A DNA stretch of 32,156 bases, taken from positions 1 to 32,156 of IMG/VR virus record IMGVR_UViG_3300033067_001939, one strand, 5' to 3'. The notes beneath the pieces are model-generated. The model did no database searches, was not told the origin of the DNA, and saw only the letters and a program-made list of their open reading frames with translations. The stretch's first letter is position 1. Every line of letters starts with the position of its first letter. This document shows, in pieces, positions 1-8,416 of this stretch. The stretch comes from a virus. Lineage: Duplodnaviria; Caudoviricetes. Made by a program: the position numbers and the translations under genes.

Positions 1-45
1 CAATACCATCTCGGTAGCTAATAGTTGTTCTTGGACTGCGCTCAT
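1..45 (-). CDS. 5' part of a hypothetical gene running off the window edge
   Basis: ATG at 45 overlaps the TGA of the preceding gene (ATGA); reads MSAVQEQLLATEMVL to the edge. Confidence 0.5.
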   Translation of the reverse strand, partial: MSAVQEQLLATEMVL

Positions 46-308
46 GGTGTGGGGCCCTCCTTTGCAGTAAGTCCTGAGTACATGCCAGCTTCATAGTCAT
101 CTGGATGGGTCAGTAGGTAGACGTTGCCCTTTTGTACCTGGTTGTGCATGATTGCTGGGATAAACAAGGAGTCAACAAGCGTACCCTCACCGCTATAGAT
201 GCACTGATACTTATCGTCTGGAGTATCGATGAGGACTGCTTGTGATGATCGCTGTACTTCGGGAGAAGTAGACAGGAAGATTTGGTATTTTGGTGTTTCT
301 TCTTCCAT
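42..308 (-). CDS. hypothetical protein (88 aa, MEEETPKYQ...)
   Basis: Internal ATG of ORF 42..455 lies just after the stop of 310..516, so it is the likely true start. Confidence 0.65.
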   Translation of the reverse strand: MEEETPKYQIFLSTSPEVQRSSQAVLIDTPDDKYQCIYSGEGTLVDSLFIPAIMHNQVQKGNVYLLTHPDDYEAGMYSGLTAKEGPTP

Positions 309-309
309 A

Positions 310-516
310 TTATTTCGGTGGGTTCTTACCCCAATGTTTAGAGTGATTTGGATCGTTGGCGAGTGAGCGCTGAGCGTGATCAGGCTTGTCGCATGATCTC
401 GTGCCGTCGGGGAGGTTGTAGGAGGAAAAGTCTTCGGAGAGCGCAGAGTAGTCAAACACCGTACCTTCGGTGGACTCTTTGGGCTTCTCTTTGGGAGGGG
501 GTCTATGTTTTTCCAT
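310..516 (-). CDS. hypothetical protein (68 aa)
   Basis: Tiles between 503..667 and 42..308 with coupling-type overlap and spacing. Confidence 0.55.
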   Translation of the reverse strand: MEKHRPPPKEKPKESTEGTVFDYSALSEDFSSYNLPDGTRSCDKPDHAQRSLANDPNHSKHWGKNPPK

Positions 517-667
517 TGATGTATTTAATAGCCTGACGAGTGTCAGTAATATACCATTCTTTGCCTGGTCCTTTTACGGCGGGAATCTTGGAAGTTTCAC
601 AAAAGTAGCGTAGCTTACGAGCCTTGTTTGGAGAGAAACATTTTCGCAACTCAGAGAGTTTGGTCAT
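503..667 (-). CDS. small excisionase/HTH_17-like DNA-binding protein (54 aa, not in ORF track)
   Basis: Hand translation MTKLSELRKCFSPNKARKLRYFCETSKIPAVKGPGKEWYITDTRQAIKYINGKT; the LRY..C...KIPAVK...K.W.I pattern resembles MerR/Xis-type winged HTH; promoter immediately upstream. Confidence 0.6.
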   Translation of the reverse strand: MTKLSELRKCFSPNKARKLRYFCETSKIPAVKGPGKEWYITDTRQAIKYINGKT

Positions 668-682
668 GTTTTTACAACGTCA

Positions 683-711
683 AATATAGATAACTTTTAC
701 ATCGTTGTCAA
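683..711 (-). promoter_or_regulatory. sigma70-type promoter TTGACA-17-TATATT
   Basis: -35 at 706-711, -10 at 683-688; 11-bp direct repeats at 670-680 and 695-705 flank the -10. Confidence 0.65.
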
Positions 712-950
712 GACGGAAATTGTACGCTCAATTCTGCTTCAGTGGGGCTGTGCAATCGTACATTCCCCATCACAAGCGTTGGGATTGAGCTGATGTTATT
801 ACGATCTAATTCCTCCTGTCCACCGTCCAAAGTCTCGACATCTACGTACTTGTATGGGATATGTTTTTTGTCTAACCATTCCTTCAATTTCTTACAAGGA
901 ATGCACCAACTAGCACCATAGAGGGTTGGAACCGGAGTATCTTTTGTCAT
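708..950 (-). CDS. glutaredoxin/NrdH-redoxin-like protein
   Basis: LYGASWCIPCKKLKEWL (CxxC) plus cis-Pro motif SSIPTLV; 80 aa. Confidence 0.85.
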   Translation of the reverse strand: MTKDTPVPTLYGASWCIPCKKLKEWLDKKHIPYKYVDVETLDGGQEELDRNNISSIPTLVMGNVRLHSPTEAELSVQFPS

Positions 951-1064
951 AGGGGCTTTGTATAGCGTCCCACCTGGACTTTGTTTAAAAGTAGCAGACA
1001 GGACGTTTAACTGCTAATGTTTGGGGATATATAGTATGTTTTACTCGTTGGGAAAGCCTATAAC

Positions 1065-1307
1065 TTAGTTTGGAAACACCTTATTGACCCCCAAAGCTGC
1101 GTGCTTAGCTACAGCATAGATACCCATTGAGGCGAGGCCGATATTGATACCTTCGAGTACTGTCCCTTTGAGTCCCAAAGACAGTCCTACGCCCAAGATA
1201 AGGGCAAATACAGGGTACACCTCGTCAGGGAGGCGATCTTTGATGAGTGCTTTGAGTGCTTGGACTACGAGCGATATAACGGATGCAAGGATAGGAAGTG
1301 AGTTCAT
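1065..1307 (-). CDS. holin-like membrane protein
   Basis: 80 aa, about 3 hydrophobic helices, VQALK...YPVFALILG...GL.S.G.Y pattern, next to endolysin. Confidence 0.75.
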   Translation of the reverse strand: MNSLPILASVISLVVQALKALIKDRLPDEVYPVFALILGVGLSLGLKGTVLEGINIGLASMGIYAVAKHAALGVNKVFPN

Positions 1308-1657
1308 TTTTTTATAAAATTAGTAAAGAGGTTACGAAAATCGAGTTGTTTAGAGGCTCGTATAAACGAGTTGACGAGCTGCATTGATATAAGCCCAACG
1401 ACAAATGCTGCGCTATTCTCAAACTCATACGAGATATTGAGTGCGTGGATGATTGGCACGGTGAGATACCCTGCTGAGACCGCGCCCGCTATGGTAGCCA
1501 TGATATTTTGACCGAGCGTGTGGTCCTTTTCAGGAGCCAGTACGTTTCGGACAAAGCCCGCAAACATACCTGCGACTACATGGCCAGTTTTTAGCCCAAG
1601 GACGTACTCGGTGAACATTTGAGGTGGCGTTGGTGTTGGATCTATCATTTTTTTCAT
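1304..1657 (-). CDS. putative holin / membrane protein
   Basis: 117 aa, about 3 hydrophobic segments, basic C-terminus, between endolysin and holin. Confidence 0.65.
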   Translation of the reverse strand: MKKMIDPTPTPPQMFTEYVLGLKTGHVVAGMFAGFVRNVLAPEKDHTLGQNIMATIAGAVSAGYLTVPIIHALNISYEFENSAAFVVGLISMQLVNSFIRASKQLDFRNLFTNFIKK

Positions 1658-1660
1658 TCT

Positions 1661-2251
1661 CTACAACCTCCCTGCTAGGGATACTAATTTGGCTTTATTA
1701 GCCTTATTCTTTGTTTTCCACAACTTATCTCCGATCTGTTCACCTGAGGTGATGGCGTTCTCTGCACTGACTAGGGCTTGAGAGAGCCTCAATACGTATT
1801 CGTCAGCATTAGGAATCTGAGTCTGTTTGAGCTTGATTACGCAGTAAGAATTAGGGATATATGAGTAAGTTGGTCGTATTACCCCTCCCCATGGGTCTGC
1901 AAGCTGCTGATTGCCTTTGTAGACGACAAAATGAGTGGGTGATCCTATAGGTGAGCCATCAACCTGTACAACTACGGGTACATTAGCCTTGACGTCATCA
2001 TTGTTGTAGCTCCATACTCTTCGCACACTTTCTACAAGTTCAGGGAAAGCAGCAGGGATCTTATCCCAGATGACCAAATTACCCTGGTAGAAGCCATTTA
2101 CAGCTAACATGCGGTCATTGACGACATCTGGGGTCCTTTCGAGGATCATGCCTATTGAAGTGATCGTACAGCCATACCCACCGATTGTGACCTGGCTTGA
2201 GCCAAGTTTCTTATTTGACCAGCGAGGATCGAGCTGCGATAAGAGTATCAT
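1661..2251 (-). CDS. peptidase C39-like putative endolysin
   Basis: Q.DPRW...LG...TIG..GC.ITS motif with downstream HFVV and ADPW (Cys-His-Asp); adjacent to holins. Confidence 0.75.
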   Translation of the reverse strand: MILLSQLDPRWSNKKLGSSQVTIGGYGCTITSIGMILERTPDVVNDRMLAVNGFYQGNLVIWDKIPAAFPELVESVRRVWSYNNDDVKANVPVVVQVDGSPIGSPTHFVVYKGNQQLADPWGGVIRPTYSYIPNSYCVIKLKQTQIPNADEYVLRLSQALVSAENAITSGEQIGDKLWKTKNKANKAKLVSLAGRL

Positions 2252-2259
2252 TGTATATC

Positions 2260-2288
2260 AGTCTAGCAACTGTATAGGAATTATGCAA
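2260..2288 (-). promoter_or_regulatory. promoter TTGCAT-17-TAGACT with TGn extension, lysis module
   Basis: Fills the short intergenic gap; -10 ends 8 nt before the ATG at 2251. Confidence 0.55.
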
Positions 2289-2296
2289 TACACCCT

Positions 2297-4255
2297 TTAT
2301 TGAGCGATGAGAGGATCAGTCATAGAGGATGATCCAAGATTTTGCACGTATGTTCCTATCTCTTGCTTTATACGCTGTAATTTGAACTGTATTGTTTCTG
2401 GTGAATCTCCAGGAACAGGAAGCAAGTGTTCGTAGTCTTTTCTTTGCTCAGACGTATATGCAGCTCCCGTTCTATTTGTACCAATTGCATCTAGGATACC
2501 GCCCTGTACTGCACGATATGCACGAGCACCAGGACTGCCTGGGATGGCTGCTTGAGTTACTACAAATGGATTATTTTTTAGCTCTTGCTCAAGCGTTGCA
2601 ATGTCTCTCATAGCTGTCATATTTCGACTTAGATCCTTTGCTGCTGCTGCTGACATTTTCTTACCGCCACCAGCTTGTGATTGCTGTTCTTTGTATAGGT
2701 ATTGGAAGCGTTCTTTTGTTTTGTCAGATATTTTTGGACTGAGCATAATCTGTGTCATTTGATCTAGTGTGAGATTCAAACCACCTTTTTTATTATTATT
2801 GACACCAAGATTATTAAGTCTAGTTTGAGTTGTAATGCTATTTTCCATACCTGGCATAGTTTGATTTGTTTGTCCTGTTTGTTCTGTAGGTCTGGTAAGT
2901 TCACGAAGTATGGACTGTGACGCTGGGATGGGGATAGGGCTACGACCAACAGCTCCAATAAAACCTGCTGGTTTTGCAGCATTTATCATTCCTCTACCAA
3001 TTGCATCTCCAGCCTCTTGAAATGGAGCCTCAGAAACATGAGCACCAATCAAGGGAAGGCGGAATTTTGTTTCAGCTTGTTTGACAAGTCCTTTAGATAA
3101 ATTAAAGAGTTCGGCTTCGTGTTGATTGAGTCCTCTTACTTCAGGAACAAGATCATCAAGAGTTGTCTTGAGACTTTCAAATAGAGCCTGTTTTACTTCT
3201 TCTTTTGGAGTTAAGGCAGGTTTAGTAAAAGTGTTTGTTAGTTCTTGTCTTAATTGAGACTTGAGGCCATAGATAGATTTAGCCGATGCACTTCCATGAT
3301 CAAAAATGCTAGAAAGCCTTTTCAAAAGTGAGCTTTTTGCCTCTTTATATCCAGGCATACTCTCCAAATAGTTTGAGTTATCAAGCGCATTTTCAAAATT
3401 AGACTGTGCAGTTTTTTGGAGTGCCTGAGTTTTCGAGTTTTTAAGAATACCGCTGATACCTTGCTGGACTGTGTCCCACTCCTTGTTAAGCTGGAAAAGT
3501 TGTCTGTCTGCACCACCATGCAACCCAATATCCGATGCTAATTTCTGAGCTTTATCAACCTGTGAAGAGTAGTACGGAGTAGCCTCAATTTGAGGATTCA
3601 ATACTTGTTTTCTAAGTCCCTGTCCTGTATTGCCAAGTCCACCCAATATTTTGCTCAGTCCATAAGTCCCAGCTCCAAATAATCCTCCACCGATTCCTCC
3701 TCCCATGACATCTCCCGTAGTTGCACCTTCTTTTGAGGCAGCAAACATAGCTCCCTGAGCAAATCCTGGGGCCACGGCTTTAGTAAATATATTGGCACCC
3801 TTTCCATAAGGAATTGCATAAGAAAGCATGCCTGCACCATTTCTTGCGCCTTCGGCTAGTGGATCATTCGTAATTCCCTGTAATCTTTCTTGTGATAAAT
3901 AAGGATTTTCTCTGACAACACCAGTGTTTTGATCTACATAAGCATTTCTACCTCTGGCAAAAAGATGTCCAAGCAGCGGTATGTCAGCAAGTGGTGAATT
4001 ACCAATCTTATTTTCTAGTGCTCTTTTTACTTCAAATTCTGCTCCCGCTATATTTTGTCCTGTTCTTACGAATGGAGAAATCATGTCAGATATGGCGTTT
4101 TTACCGAATCCAATAGCCCTGCTCATAAAATCTTGTTGAGGTGCTGGCGCTTGCTGTGTGGGTTCCTGTATTGGAGTAAATAGATCAGGATTCTGAGCAA
4201 GAATTTGCTCATTTACATCGATTATGTTTCCGGTTCTTTTAGAGAGTGCTTTCAT
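2297..4255 (-). CDS. internal virion / DNA-ejection protein (652 aa)
   Basis: Gly/Ala-rich hydrophobic helices then helical region; position after tail genes typical of podovirus ejection proteins. Confidence 0.6.
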   Translation of the reverse strand: MKALSKRTGNIIDVNEQILAQNPDLFTPIQEPTQQAPAPQQDFMSRAIGFGKNAISDMISPFVRTGQNIAGAEFEVKRALENKIGNSPLADIPLLGHLFARGRNAYVDQNTGVVRENPYLSQERLQGITNDPLAEGARNGAGMLSYAIPYGKGANIFTKAVAPGFAQGAMFAASKEGATTGDVMGGGIGGGLFGAGTYGLSKILGGLGNTGQGLRKQVLNPQIEATPYYSSQVDKAQKLASDIGLHGGADRQLFQLNKEWDTVQQGISGILKNSKTQALQKTAQSNFENALDNSNYLESMPGYKEAKSSLLKRLSSIFDHGSASAKSIYGLKSQLRQELTNTFTKPALTPKEEVKQALFESLKTTLDDLVPEVRGLNQHEAELFNLSKGLVKQAETKFRLPLIGAHVSEAPFQEAGDAIGRGMINAAKPAGFIGAVGRSPIPIPASQSILRELTRPTEQTGQTNQTMPGMENSITTQTRLNNLGVNNNKKGGLNLTLDQMTQIMLSPKISDKTKERFQYLYKEQQSQAGGGKKMSAAAAKDLSRNMTAMRDIATLEQELKNNPFVVTQAAIPGSPGARAYRAVQGGILDAIGTNRTGAAYTSEQRKDYEHLLPVPGDSPETIQFKLQRIKQEIGTYVQNLGSSSMTDPLIAQ

Positions 4256-5082
4256 AATGACTTATATTGCCAAATTGTAGGTCCTACAGAACCATCTGTG
4301 TATTGTGTCATCTGTCTTCCGTTGACATTTATTGTTCCTACTGGCTCTTTTGTAGTATCAGTCCATGTTTGTCCGTTACTATTTACCCACTGTCCAAATT
4401 GTGATTGTGGCCCGTTTTCAGAATTTCTACTTAGAATAGAATCGAGAGTTGCTCGATCGTCTGTTTGTGAAGCTGCTGTTGGAGCATGATATGTTGCTCC
4501 AAGATGACTCAACTTTTCTCCAGTTGTTGCGTTCACGAGCCATGATTGACCACTTGCATCATCCCAAATCGTTGTCTTTGGCTTCTGGGATTCGGCTAAC
4601 TGAGCTCTTTGCATAAGCTCATTTATAGTATTGTTATAGTTATTCTGAGCAATCTGAGCTAGTCCTTGACGATTTTGAGTCTCTGCTTGGTACGCATGAG
4701 TTCCTGCGTTGATTATGTCGTTCATGGTTCCAAAAGTAGCATCTTGGATCAAATTAGCACCCATAAGAGGCATCAGAGCTGAAGATCGCTTTGCTGCCAT
4801 TATTGCTGCTTGCTGGGTAGGTGAGAGAATTGCTCCTGAGTTTACGAGTCCGAGCACATCCTCACGTGCTTTAGGAGCAGCAGCCATAAAGTCAGTTCGA
4901 GCTTTGGCCGTATCTTGAGCTATTCCAGACTCACCGAAACGCTCACCAACGGCTTTGCGTAGCTCATCAACAAGCACATTTCCTTTAGCACTAAAATCAT
5001 TAGCGCTCACTGCTGCGCTTGTTGCCTGATCTCTCGCTGCCGATACGTCGTTCCAATTTTGATCCATAATTATGCTTGCCAC
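4252..5082 (-). CDS. putative ejection/pilot protein (276 aa)
   Basis: Ala/Gln-rich helical protein, coupled to neighbours. Confidence 0.55.
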   Translation of the reverse strand: MASIIMDQNWNDVSAARDQATSAAVSANDFSAKGNVLVDELRKAVGERFGESGIAQDTAKARTDFMAAAPKAREDVLGLVNSGAILSPTQQAAIMAAKRSSALMPLMGANLIQDATFGTMNDIINAGTHAYQAETQNRQGLAQIAQNNYNNTINELMQRAQLAESQKPKTTIWDDASGQSWLVNATTGEKLSHLGATYHAPTAASQTDDRATLDSILSRNSENGPQSQFGQWVNSNGQTWTDTTKEPVGTINVNGRQMTQYTDGSVGPTIWQYKSL

Positions 5083-5897
5083 GCATTAGTAATGAGTTGA
5101 TTCAATCCACCTTGAATTGAGTTCGTGTATTCAGGACCAAGATACTGAGCTCGTTCCTGTTCACGTCGAGCTAAAGCCTCAGCACGTTGTTTCTCAATCT
5201 CTGTTTGTACCTGAGTTGTTTTATCTGCATTTAGTTTTCTTTGTCCGGTAGCTAGGTTTTCATTAAGCCCACCTAGACTACGATCATACCCAGCAATATT
5301 GTTTTTATACATCAAGTCTCTTTGATCAACGACGTCTTTATTTTGAGCCAGTTGTTTACCTGTGGTACGCTCACGTGCTCCTGAGAAGAAGAGTCCTGCA
5401 CCAGCGAAACCTTCTTCTGAGGATGAAATAGCGTCTTTGAGCGATCGAGCGTCTTCTCCAATCTTAATTTGATTTAATTCAGTAAGTAGACTCTTTTCCC
5501 CCTGGATGGACTCTTTCTGCCTTTCTATGCCTGAAACAAAATCCTTGAGCTCAGAGTCATAGTATGGGTTAAATCTTTCTTCAGCCGATTTCTGGGCGAG
5601 CATTTCATCAAAAACAAAGGGATTTTTAGCATCGAAGTCCTTTTTGCGTTGAGCAAGCGCATTCATCTGAGCTGCCAACTCATCCTTGATCTTTTTAAGG
5701 AAGTCCTCGGCAGTTTGTGCTCGTGGTTCGGTGGTATAGGTTGGCCTACCGCCTGAAGATTGACCACTATTTCCTGCGTTTTGATGATCAAGATAGTCGC
5801 TCCAGCCTGTGTATCCAGCAGCTATGGCCATATTATTCTGGTCAGCTGGATTTACGCCTGGTTGGAAGGCTCTTGGATCTATTTGACGATATGCCAT
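5070..5897 (-). CDS. putative ejection protein, coiled-coil (275 aa)
   Basis: Coiled-coil with GL..SG motif (AGAGLFFSG) often seen in such proteins; synteny. Confidence 0.55.
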   Translation of the reverse strand: MAYRQIDPRAFQPGVNPADQNNMAIAAGYTGWSDYLDHQNAGNSGQSSGGRPTYTTEPRAQTAEDFLKKIKDELAAQMNALAQRKKDFDAKNPFVFDEMLAQKSAEERFNPYYDSELKDFVSGIERQKESIQGEKSLLTELNQIKIGEDARSLKDAISSSEEGFAGAGLFFSGARERTTGKQLAQNKDVVDQRDLMYKNNIAGYDRSLGGLNENLATGQRKLNADKTTQVQTEIEKQRAEALARREQERAQYLGPEYTNSIQGGLNQLITNAWQA

Positions 5898-5905
5898 ATG
5901 TGATT

Positions 5906-5933
5906 ATTATACAGACTTACTGCTACCCATCAA
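5906..5933 (-). promoter_or_regulatory. promoter TTGATG-16-TATAAT, ejection-protein module
   Basis: Consensus -10 at 5906-5911, 8 nt before the ATG at 5897. Confidence 0.55.
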
Positions 5934-5938
5934 TACCC

Positions 5939-6679
5939 CTATTGTCTAGTCATATTTCCTGCTGTTTTTATAGGCGAAAAAAGGGAAAAAACCTTCAGCG
6001 TTCTATTTGTAATTGTTGCGGTTGGATTTCCAGTCACACTGGTTCTCTGCTTGTATGTATAAAGAGTCATTGTTCCATCTCCAGAGTGTACGATGCTCTG
6101 ATTACTGAGGCGGAGTTTTATATTTTTTAGATTTGCTGTGTTACCAACCTCGCCAAAAGAAACCCCTGTAACATATGTAGATCCATTATTCACATAATAG
6201 ACCATTTCACAGTAATTTGATGTGTCCCACGTCGTTGCCTCTATAAGCACAGAAAGAATAACCAAGTAATAGCAAGGTTTTCCAACCCCTATAATGGTAT
6301 GCGCATCAATATTCGTTGGTCCATCAGCATTGATGATATTGCTAGATGAAGAACTAGCATAAGCATAATATCCTGTATTTGGAAAGGATATGCCACCTTT
6401 ATCAATGACCAGGGTTTCTTCAGTTACTCCTGTTTCAGACCTATTTACTGATATTGCTCCAAGAGAATTGTCTTGCCCACCAATTGAAATAATACCACCT
6501 CTCCCTTTTGACCAGTTAAAATCTTTTATCTTGTTATTAGTGACTGCCTCATCTCTAATTTTTTCACTAGTGACTGAGTTGTCTGGAACTGTTATAGCTT
6601 GCCCCCCATTTGATTGTTCGTTTGCATCAGCAACTTTTGAGAAGTTCTTGTCAAATCCAAGATCAGTATAGTCGGTCAT
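5939..6679 (-). CDS. tail fibre/spike-like protein (246 aa)
   Basis: DNSVTSEKIRDEAVTNNKI fibre-type repeats and beta-rich C-terminal domain; follows nozzle. Confidence 0.55.
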   Translation of the reverse strand: MTDYTDLGFDKNFSKVADANEQSNGGQAITVPDNSVTSEKIRDEAVTNNKIKDFNWSKGRGGIISIGGQDNSLGAISVNRSETGVTEETLVIDKGGISFPNTGYYAYASSSSSNIINADGPTNIDAHTIIGVGKPCYYLVILSVLIEATTWDTSNYCEMVYYVNNGSTYVTGVSFGEVGNTANLKNIKLRLSNQSIVHSGDGTMTLYTYKQRTSVTGNPTATITNRTLKVFSLFSPIKTAGNMTRQ

Positions 6680-8160
6680 ATAAAGGTTGAATTTTCTACC
6701 GTGTAGAATGCAGTTATTTTTTCGATATATTGAGTGTTTTCTCGTATTCCACTTTCCTCAAAGCGAATATTTATTCCTGATCCCCGACAGTGATTAGAGG
6801 GGACGGTTAGTTCGGTCTTATCTCCTGTCAACTCGCCTAGTGGTTGCCATTGATCATCTATGCCTGATGGATTGTTACAGAGCTTAAATCGAACACCAAC
6901 CCCTTTAGCATCACGAGATATTACCTGTATTCTCGTAAGTCTTACTGAGACCTCAGAGCCTACAGGATATTGGATTCCTGTTTCCATTGCCCAGGGGATA
7001 GGATTACCATCATATGAGTAACCTGATGGGGTGGTAAACACCTCTCCAGCCTCAGTGCCTATCAATACTTTGTTGATGTTTGATTCAAGAAATGTAGTGG
7101 ACTGAGTTATTTCTTTTCCAATAGGATCGACACTCCATGATTCGGATTTTACGTTCATTGTAAGAACTGCATAGGGTACATTGATATTCCTTTGTGCGTT
7201 AGTGATTGTGCCTACATAGAAACGTACTGTTTCCCCTTCTGACCAAGCCACCACATTATCATACATTGAACTTGAGATACCATCAATGTACGGCTGAATT
7301 GCCTCAGACATTTTCTTATTCACAGTCAGTGAGATTTTGTAGATTCCATTTTTCCCAGGTTCGCTGCCGTGGAAGAAATACGTTCCACCATTATTCACAA
7401 TTGATCGATAGGAAGAAGTACCAGGTATATCAGCAATCTTTTCGAGCGAGTATCCACTGTATCTGTACGAGGAAAAGAGCTTAAATACAAGTAATCTATC
7501 AAAGTTTTCACCTAATCCACGAACGTAATCGTTATCAGCGGTTTGAATATCAATTCTGTTTGAGCCAACAATGTATGATGAGTTTGATGCAGCAACACGC
7601 ATTGAAGTTTCTAATGTGATTTGGTTGTTACTGTCTACTGAATATACGTAATAGTCTCCTGCATTAGCTCCTGTCAAAATAGTGAATTTATCTCCAACCT
7701 TAATCCCATACTGGCTGAAGTATGCCCCATCTGAGGTAACAACTGCTGAACCTGCTGTCTGCGTAAGATTGGAGCCATATTCAAGTCCCCACCTTACGCT
7801 GTTATTGTAGGGAAGATCGGTATACCAGACGCTTGAAGGGAACACCTGTGAGTTTATCATCAAGTATCCAAGATAAAGTCTGGCCTGAAAGGGCATGGCA
7901 TATTTGGCTATGGGAGCTCTATTTACGGCGCCCAGCTTACTCCATGCTGTCCCGTTAAACGATCGGGTTGCGTCGGTGCCGTTTACATAGAAGTCATAAT
8001 CGAGGTAGGTTGAGAATTGTCCGAGCTTGTTTGGAGTCAAATTCTGGTTGTATCCTGCATTCGTGTCAACATCTACTATATCGTTACCATAGGCTGCAAA
8101 CAGCTTATTTACAGCTGTGGTTGCCCGATTGTAGCCGTGAAGTGCTTGTAAATTAGTCAT
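6676..8160 (-). CDS. tail nozzle (tubular protein B / P22 gp10-like), main part
   Basis: Beta-propeller-like motifs (VNGTD, RLY, LLVFK..S.Y), beta-rich C-terminus, follows adaptor. Confidence 0.7.
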   Translation of the reverse strand: MTNLQALHGYNRATTAVNKLFAAYGNDIVDVDTNAGYNQNLTPNKLGQFSTYLDYDFYVNGTDATRSFNGTAWSKLGAVNRAPIAKYAMPFQARLYLGYLMINSQVFPSSVWYTDLPYNNSVRWGLEYGSNLTQTAGSAVVTSDGAYFSQYGIKVGDKFTILTGANAGDYYVYSVDSNNQITLETSMRVAASNSSYIVGSNRIDIQTADNDYVRGLGENFDRLLVFKLFSSYRYSGYSLEKIADIPGTSSYRSIVNNGGTYFFHGSEPGKNGIYKISLTVNKKMSEAIQPYIDGISSSMYDNVVAWSEGETVRFYVGTITNAQRNINVPYAVLTMNVKSESWSVDPIGKEITQSTTFLESNINKVLIGTEAGEVFTTPSGYSYDGNPIPWAMETGIQYPVGSEVSVRLTRIQVISRDAKGVGVRFKLCNNPSGIDDQWQPLGELTGDKTELTVPSNHCRGSGINIRFEESGIRENTQYIEKITAFYTVENSTFI

Positions 8161-8414
8161 TAGACAGATGTTGACGTTGATGAACTAGTAGATGTGGTTG
8201 TTGATGATGATGAGCTAGTTGAGGTAGTTGAGGTCAAATCAGACACATTTCTTTGCTCAAAGCCCAGTGCCTTACCAATACTGCCAAGCTCTTGATATTG
8301 ACCATTTTGAACCAAATCAAGATTGCCCCGAGATTTAATGAATCGTGAGGTTTTCACCTGCATTTGGTCGAATGCCTCGATGATGAGTGGTTTCTCTTTA
8401 TCAATTTCTGGCAT
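8160..8414 (-). CDS. nozzle N-terminus-like peptide with Ser/Thr tail (84 aa)
   Basis: F.....S......L....N.....G.I.K..G pattern like nozzle N-termini, then TSTTSTSSSSSTTTSTSSSTSTSV; TAATG overlap with next gene. Confidence 0.7.
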   Translation of the reverse strand: MPEIDKEKPLIIEAFDQMQVKTSRFIKSRGNLDLVQNGQYQELGSIGKALGFEQRNVSDLTSTTSTSSSSSTTTSTSSSTSTSV

Positions 8415-8416
8415 AG

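Noticed and set aside
2297-4255. 652-aa protein as tape measure
   Set aside because: No tail tube, sheath or chaperone genes; adaptor-nozzle-ejection order fits a short-tailed phage
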